64,000 bases of DNA, taken from assembly GCA_949290565.1 (NCBI GenBank), contig CASESH010000018.1:1585-65584 (forward strand). The letters run 5' to 3'. Positions within the stretch are counted from its first letter, which is position 1. Each line of letters opens with the position of its first letter. Below, one piece after another: positions 58,762 to 64,000 of the stretch. Origin of the DNA: an uncultured Christensenella sp. GTDB lineage: Bacteria; Bacillota; Clostridia; Christensenellales; UBA1242. The notes under the pieces are model-generated. The model was given only the letters and a program-made list of their open reading frames with translations. It did no database searches and was not told the origin of the DNA. A program made the translations under genes and the position numbers.

Positions 58762-58820
58762 TTTTCTAACATATTGCATAAAAATAAAATTAAATAACAC
58801 TAAAACTTGACTAGCAAAAA

Positions 58821-59010
58821 CTTAATAAAACTTAATAAAAGTTAATAAAACTTAATAAAACATAAATAAACTTAATAAAACTTAAATAAACTTAATAAAA
58901 CATATTAAAACTTAACAAAATAGTCCAAAACTTAAATAAACTTAATAATTCTTAAAAAAAGTTAATAAAATAGTCTAAAACTTAATTAATCTTAATAAAA
59001 CTTAACAAAA
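58821..59010 (+). repeat. 10-bp phased tandem array F (19 units; CTTAATAAAA on + strand)
   Basis: Read directly. Every 10-nt print block from 58821 to 59010 is one unit (CTTAATAAAA x8, GTTAATAAAA x2, TAGTCCAAAA, TAGTCTAAAA, and others). It ends 34 nt from the parC stop (59045). Confidence 0.95.
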
Positions 59011-59044
59011 AAACAATCACTAAACAAAAAAGCATTTAATAGAA

Positions 59045-62000
59045 CTAAATATCTGCGCTAATACCTACCTTACTGACAGGAATAGTCTTTTTAGTTTTAT
59101 CAAAAGGTTTTGCTTTGTCAGATTTAGAGCAAATTTTAATTAAATCAGTTGACCTTGAAAAGAAGTTAGAATTTTTATCAAACAAGCAAATTTCCTTAGG
59201 ATTAGTAACAAGACAAGAGAAAGCGAGTTTTTCGCCGGAGTGAAGTTTTATACCCTTTCTATACCTAGCACTAGGGTCAATCGAAGCGGTAATAACACGC
59301 TTACACAGTCCGTTTTGAGTAACGACAACAATTTCGCCCTCATTATTGACACAACTGTCAATACTTAAACAATAGTCGCCCTCAGCCAAATTAATACCCT
59401 TAACGCCACCAGCGACTCTACCTTGAACAGGAATATCATCAGTTTTAGCATTTAAGACCATACCTGAGGAAGTAACAAAAACAAGATTGTAATTAGTTAA
59501 GAGTTCAGACTCGACCTTAATAAGCCTATCATCATCTTTAAGTTTAATTGCTTGGTAAGCGTTTTTAAGTAAGTTATATTCAGATTTAGGAGTTTTCTTG
59601 ACCATACCGAACTTAGTATAGAACATTAAATTACCTTCTTGATTTTCTATGTCCTGATTGAAAATGGCAACAATATGCTCATCTTTTTCGAGTTCCTTAA
59701 ACAAATCAGTTTCAGCGACACCACGCCCTCTAAACTTACATTCACCAATTTGTGAGGCGTTAATCTTAAAGCAGTTACCAAGCGAAGTGAAGCAAAGCAA
59801 CTTAGAATTAGACAAACAATCAAACTTAATAACATTAATATCAGCCAAAGTAGAGTCCTCTTTAATATCTCTACTAGATTGGAAATAATTTTTTTCTTTG
59901 ATAAGTTTAAACGAGTTATCAAGAGCCTTTAAAATAATAATATTTTGAGGAACATTTATCTTTTTAAGGTCCTCATTAACGCTAATTTTAGCGCTTTCCT
60001 TAGCGAACTTAGTAAGTCTATCCTTTTTATATTTTTTTCTAATCTCAAAGAGTTCCTTTTTAACAACTTCAAATTGTTTTTTAGGAGAAGCCAAGACTTC
60101 TTTTAAATACTTAATGAGTTCGTGCAAAGATTTAAGTTCTTCCTCTAACTTATAGACTTCAAGACTAGTTAGTCTAGCAAGTCGCATATCCAAAATAGCC
60201 TGAGCCTGTCTATCTGAAAGTTTAAATTTATCGATAAGTCTAACCTTAGCCTCAGAGGAATTCTTACTTGTTTTAATAATTTTGACGACGGCGTCAATAT
60301 TTTTAATAGCGATGATAAGACCTTCTAAGATATGAGCCCTTTCCTCAGCCTGACTAAGTTCGAACTTAGACCTACGAACAATAATCTCTCTTTGGTATTG
60401 ACTATAATAAGAAATAATATCTAAAAGTCCCATTTGTTTAGGTTTTCCACCAGCGATAGCAACCATATTGATACCAAAGGTACACTGCAAATCGGTGTAT
60501 TTAAGAAGTGAATTATAAATTTTATTTACACTAGCATCCTTTTTCAAACGAATAACAGCACGCATACCTTGTCTATCAGATTCATCTCTAATTTCGGCGA
60601 TACCACCTAAATCGTATTTATCCTCCTCTTTAAGTTCGAGGATTTTTCTAAGGAGAGTAGATTTGTTAACGCCATAAGGGATTTCAGTAATTACAAAACT
60701 CTTTCTATCAGAACCCTCGCCTTCCAAGTGGATTTTAGCACGAATATAAATCTTACCCTTACCTGTCTTGTACGCCTGAACAAGTTCAGAAGAATCAAGA
60801 ATATAAGCGCCCGTAGGAAAATCCGGACCTTTAATAAACTTCATCATCTCGGCAAGAGAAATCTTAGGATTGTCAATGTAGGCAATAACCCCATCAATAA
60901 CTTCTGCTAGGTTATGAGGAGGAATATTAGTAGCAAGACCAACGGCAATACCCATAGAACCATTTACTAAAAGGTTAGGAAATCTACCCGGAAGACAAAC
61001 AGGTTCTTTTAAGGTATCATCAAAGTTGAGTTCCCACTTAACAGTATTTTTATCTAAATCTCTTAGCAACTCCATAGCCAAAGGCGAAAGTTTTACCTCA
61101 GTATATCTCATAGCAGCAGGAGGGTCTCCATCAATACTACCGAAGTTACCTTGGCCGGTAATAAGAACTTGACTACAACTAAATTCCTGAGCCATATTAA
61201 CAAGTGCTTGATAAACTGAACTATCTCCATGAGGATGATATTTACCTAAACAATCACCAACGATTCTAGCCGACTTTTTAAAAGGCGAATCAGGAGTAAC
61301 ACCAAGTTCTAGCATATCATAGAGGATTCTACGCTGAACAGGTTTAAGCCCGTCTTCTACACGAGGCAAAGCCCTATCGATGATAACGTGCTCAGAATAA
61401 GGAATCATAGACTCATGCAAAATAGTCTCAATATTTTTGTAAATAATACCATCAACTACCTCACTAGACCCACCATCGTAAAACAATCTCTCGTTGTCAA
61501 TCTTACCACTGACACCAAAAGCATTGCTACCAACGTTAAGGCTAACCTCCTCAAAATCACGATTTAAAAGGTCAACGCTCTTTTGCAACAACCTTTCATT
61601 TTTTATTTGTTCGCTATCCTTTTCATCTTGACCTTCAAAATTTGTTACACTTGAACTTGACAAACTCGAAGGTTTTTTACCCCTAAAACTTGGATTTTTT
61701 GTGCCATTTGTCACATTTTTATTACTATTGCTATTCTTATTTGTACTCAAATCTTCTCTTCCTTTTGTATCAAAATCAACTTTTTCTTCCTCAGAAGTTA
61801 TATCACTATCTTCATTTTGCAAATCTAAAAAACTATCTCCTTCCTCATTAGTTGTTTGAAAAAGATTATCTTCTTCTTGAATTGAATCAAATTGCTCATA
61901 GTTACTTTCTTGGAAAGAATTATCTAATTTACTTTCAAAATCTTGATTAGTGACCTCTGCTCGCTTTTTGTCTTGATTTGAATAATTATAGTCTTCACTT

Positions 62001-62713
62001 TCATTAAAATCATTGTCCATATTAGTTTTTGTATGACTATATTTTTCCAAATCTTTTTCATTGTCAAAATCTTCATTATCTAATTCACTAACATTGTCAA
62101 ACTCTTGACTACTTGTTTCACTGTTGTTGTCAAACTCTTGACTACTTGTTTGTATATGGTTACTTACTGAAATATCAGATTCATCATTTTGATTATCTTG
62201 TAGTTTATAAATAAACTCATTTTGTTTAACTTGTGAATTGTCAGTTATATTGTTATAATTAAAATCATTAGAACTATCTTGTGTATTTTCATCTAAGAAA
62301 TTATTTTCAAAATCACTTTCAGAATCATTCAACTGCTCTTGCCAATTAGAATTTAAATCTTCATAAGATTGTTTAGGGCTATCATTTTCCCTATTTTCTC
62401 TGGCCTTTTGACTAAGTCTTTTAATGTAATTTTGCTCATCTAAAACATTTTTATTTGACTTAGTAATCTTATTTAAAATTTTTTGTTTATTAGATAAGTC
62501 TTGCTCATTAGAAGTTTCAACTTGCTTGTATTTACCCGTAACAAAATCGAAAGAAAGTTGACCTTGCGCTATCCCACTTTCTCTCTGCTCTTGACTATCT
62601 TCTTTTTCCTCATCTTCTCTAACAAACAACTCACTTACATCAATTTGACCGGGAATGGAATCATCAAAATTATTTTCATTATTGTTGTTGTCAAAATCTT
62701 CATCATCAAACAT
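59045..62713 (-). CDS. parC: DNA topoisomerase IV subunit A (ParC-type) with an approx 415-aa low-complexity N-terminal extension
   Basis: 1222 aa. The catalytic core begins near residue 430: [80 protein letters not shown] and YIDNP closely follow B. subtilis ParC rather than GyrA. No GyrA box (QRRGGKG) is seen in the C-terminal domain. Residues 1-415 are D/E/N/S/Q-rich. Confidence 0.85.
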   Translation of the reverse strand: MFDDEDFDNNNNENNFDDSIPGQIDVSELFVREDEEKEDSQEQRESGIAQGQLSFDFVTGKYKQVETSNEQDLSNKQKILNKITKSNKNVLDEQNYIKRLSQKARENRENDSPKQSYEDLNSNWQEQLNDSESDFENNFLDENTQDSSNDFNYNNITDNSQVKQNEFIYKLQDNQNDESDISVSNHIQTSSQEFDNNSETSSQEFDNVSELDNEDFDNEKDLEKYSHTKTNMDNDFNESEDYNYSNQDKKRAEVTNQDFESKLDNSFQESNYEQFDSIQEEDNLFQTTNEEGDSFLDLQNEDSDITSEEEKVDFDTKGREDLSTNKNSNSNKNVTNGTKNPSFRGKKPSSLSSSSVTNFEGQDEKDSEQIKNERLLQKSVDLLNRDFEEVSLNVGSNAFGVSGKIDNERLFYDGGSSEVVDGIIYKNIETILHESMIPYSEHVIIDRALPRVEDGLKPVQRRILYDMLELGVTPDSPFKKSARIVGDCLGKYHPHGDSSVYQALVNMAQEFSCSQVLITGQGNFGSIDGDPPAAMRYTEVKLSPLAMELLRDLDKNTVKWELNFDDTLKEPVCLPGRFPNLLVNGSMGIAVGLATNIPPHNLAEVIDGVIAYIDNPKISLAEMMKFIKGPDFPTGAYILDSSELVQAYKTGKGKIYIRAKIHLEGEGSDRKSFVITEIPYGVNKSTLLRKILELKEEDKYDLGGIAEIRDESDRQGMRAVIRLKKDASVNKIYNSLLKYTDLQCTFGINMVAIAGGKPKQMGLLDIISYYSQYQREIIVRRSKFELSQAEERAHILEGLIIAIKNIDAVVKIIKTSKNSSEAKVRLIDKFKLSDRQAQAILDMRLARLTSLEVYKLEEELKSLHELIKYLKEVLASPKKQFEVVKKELFEIRKKYKKDRLTKFAKESAKISVNEDLKKINVPQNIIILKALDNSFKLIKEKNYFQSSRDIKEDSTLADINVIKFDCLSNSKLLCFTSLGNCFKINASQIGECKFRGRGVAETDLFKELEKDEHIVAIFNQDIENQEGNLMFYTKFGMVKKTPKSEYNLLKNAYQAIKLKDDDRLIKVESELLTNYNLVFVTSSGMVLNAKTDDIPVQGRVAGGVKGINLAEGDYCLSIDSCVNNEGEIVVVTQNGLCKRVITASIDPSARYRKGIKLHSGEKLAFSCLVTNPKEICLFDKNSNFFSRSTDLIKICSKSDKAKPFDKTKKTIPVSKVGISADI

Positions 62714-62993
62714 AAAAACCTACCCAAAATAATAAAAGAATTTATTAAAATAAAAAAATTTATAAAGTAAACCATTATAAGTTAAAATTTTGTAACATAA
62801 AATATTTAGCAACAATTTAAGTTAAAACAGTACTGTTTTTTAAAATATAAATAGATTTATATTTATCTAAAATTAGTTAAATTAATTTTTTAATAAAAAA
62901 ATAATTTTATTGTGTTATCCTAGTAAATTTGTTTTTCATTTAAAGAATAAAATCAATATTAAACAAATAGTTAGTAAGACAAAATTAATGAAG

Positions 62994-64000
62994 CTATTTT
63001 TTCTCGTATTTCATAAACTCATCTTCTTTATTAAAATCAACATACTGAGAAAGATATTGCTTTCTTGACTCGATATCGTTACCCATAAGAGTAGTAATAG
63101 AAAGTTCAGCATTGGCAATATCATCAATACCAACTTTAATAAGCATTCTAGTTTCAGGATTCATAGTAGTTTCCCACAGTTGGTCTGGATTCATTTCTCC
63201 AAGGCCTTTGTACCTTTGAATAGAATAACCCTTGCCAAACTTTTTAATAACCTCTGGGAGTTCCTTGTCCGAATAAACATATTCACTCTTGTCTTTTTTA
63301 TAAATTCTATAAAGAGGAGGCAAAGCAATATAAACGTGCCCGCAAGAAATCAAATCTCTCATATATCTAAAAAAGAAGGTGAGCAAGATAGACCTAATAT
63401 GAGCACCATCTTGGTCAGCATCTGAAAGAATAACTACTTTATGGAATTTTAAATTTTTTAAATTAAAATCTTCCCCAATACCAGCGCCCAAAGAGGCGAT
63501 AACAAGCCTAAATTCCTCATTAGAAAGGACTTGTTCTAATCTCTTTTTTTCAGCATTAAGAGGTTTTCCCCTAAGAGCAAGAACAGCCTGAAAACTTCTA
63601 TCTCTACAAAGTTTAACAGTTCCCCCAGCACTATGACCTTCAACAATAAAGAGTTCATTAAGTTCAGCATTTTTACCCGTACAGTGAGCGAAATTGCCAA
63701 GCAAACTAGAAGATTCTATGCTATTTTTTTGTCTATTCAAATCTTTTGCCTTTTTTGCCGCAATTCTAGCACGAGCCGCATTTTTTGCTTTTTCTATAAT
63801 ACTAGTAGCAATCTTAGCGTTTTCTTTCTTGTCAAAAAACCTTGTCAAGCCTTTGTAAATCATACTTTCTACAAGACCCTTAACCTCAGGATTACCCAAC
63901 TTAGTTTTTGTTTGTCCTTCAAATTCAATATCGTGCATTTTTATAGCAAGAACAGTAGAAATTCCCTCACGATAGTCCTCACTAATTAAATTTTCCTCTT
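62994..64000 (-). CDS. parE: DNA topoisomerase IV subunit B (ParE/GyrB family); 5' end beyond the window
   Basis: FEGQTKTKLGN, IVEGHSAGG (Toprim), LSDADQDGAHIRSILLTFFFRYM and KGLGEMNPDQLWETTM. The frame stays open upstream of the track ATG to position 64000 (..EDYREGISTVLAIKMHDIEFEGQTK). ParE is assigned from pairing with a ParC-like partner. Confidence 0.8.
   Translation of the reverse strand, partial: EENLISEDYREGISTVLAIKMHDIEFEGQTKTKLGNPEVKGLVESMIYKGLTRFFDKKENAKIATSIIEKAKNAARARIAAKKAKDLNRQKNSIESSSLLGNFAHCTGKNAELNELFIVEGHSAGGTVKLCRDRSFQAVLALRGKPLNAEKKRLEQVLSNEEFRLVIASLGAGIGEDFNLKNLKFHKVVILSDADQDGAHIRSILLTFFFRYMRDLISCGHVYIALPPLYRIYKKDKSEYVYSDKELPEVIKKFGKGYSIQRYKGLGEMNPDQLWETTMNPETRMLIKVGIDDIANAELSITTLMGNDIESRKQYLSQYVDFNKEDEFMKYEKK

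Noticed and set aside
34625-59010. Could the six repeat arrays be CRISPR arrays?
   Set aside because: The units are only 10 bp and directly abut one another with no unique spacers. No cas genes are present, and the repeats are A/T-only apart from one or two positions.
59045-62713. Calling the type IIA topoisomerase pair gyrB-gyrA
   Set aside because: The A subunit matches ParC-specific residues ([41 protein letters not shown]). No GyrA box is visible in the C-terminal domain, so parE-parC is preferred. A search is needed for certainty.
1-64000. tRNA, rRNA, tmRNA or riboswitch genes
   Set aside because: Scanning for T-loop-like GGTTCRANTCC motifs found only one hit, GGTTCAAGTC near 45266, inside a CDS and without an acceptor or anticodon arm context. 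No rRNA-like or known riboswitch core sequences were noticed. This by-eye scan is not exhaustive.

Overview
This is an AT-rich window (roughly 70% A+T by eye, not computed). It looks like a Bacillota (Firmicutes) chromosome segment, probably from a streamlined spore-former. All calls rest on reading the ORF translations and the DNA by eye, with no searches run. Nearly every gene is on the minus strand. TGA is used as a stop (hrcA/grpE overlap TGATG), so the genetic code is 11.

Positions 1-41.8 kb are housekeeping genes in a compressed Bacillus-like order:
- trmK, sigA, dnaG, then a DAK2 (YloV)/Asp23 pair
- rpe, rlmN, fmt, def, priA, rpoZ
- ligA, pcrA
- rpsU, mtaB, rsmE, dnaJ, dnaK, grpE, hrcA, with a near-consensus promoter plus CIRCE operator
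- three unknown genes inserted between hrcA and hemW
- hemW, lepA, a GDPD-family phosphodiesterase and rarA
- an uninterrupted pro-sigK, RNase P RNA and RNase J

Positions 42-57 kb hold a phage-like capsid/packaging island. It carries a sigma-like regulator, TerL, a TerS-like ORF, portal, scaffold, major capsid protein, three unknowns and a BhlA-type holin pair. It has no recognisable integrase, replication genes, tail tube, tape measure or endolysin, and its genes are separated by unusually long AT-rich spacers. To its right lie a DnaA-box cluster, a tandem-OB SSB-like protein, a PdaB-like deacetylase, and parE-parC, where ParC carries an approx 415-aa low-complexity N-terminal extension.

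The most striking unexplained signal is six dispersed arrays, about 95 units in total, of an exactly 10-bp phased repeat (CTTAATAAAA / TTTTATTAAG). They lie between 34.6 and 59.0 kb, in and around the island. This is consistent with curved DNA and/or an iteron-like protein-binding system.
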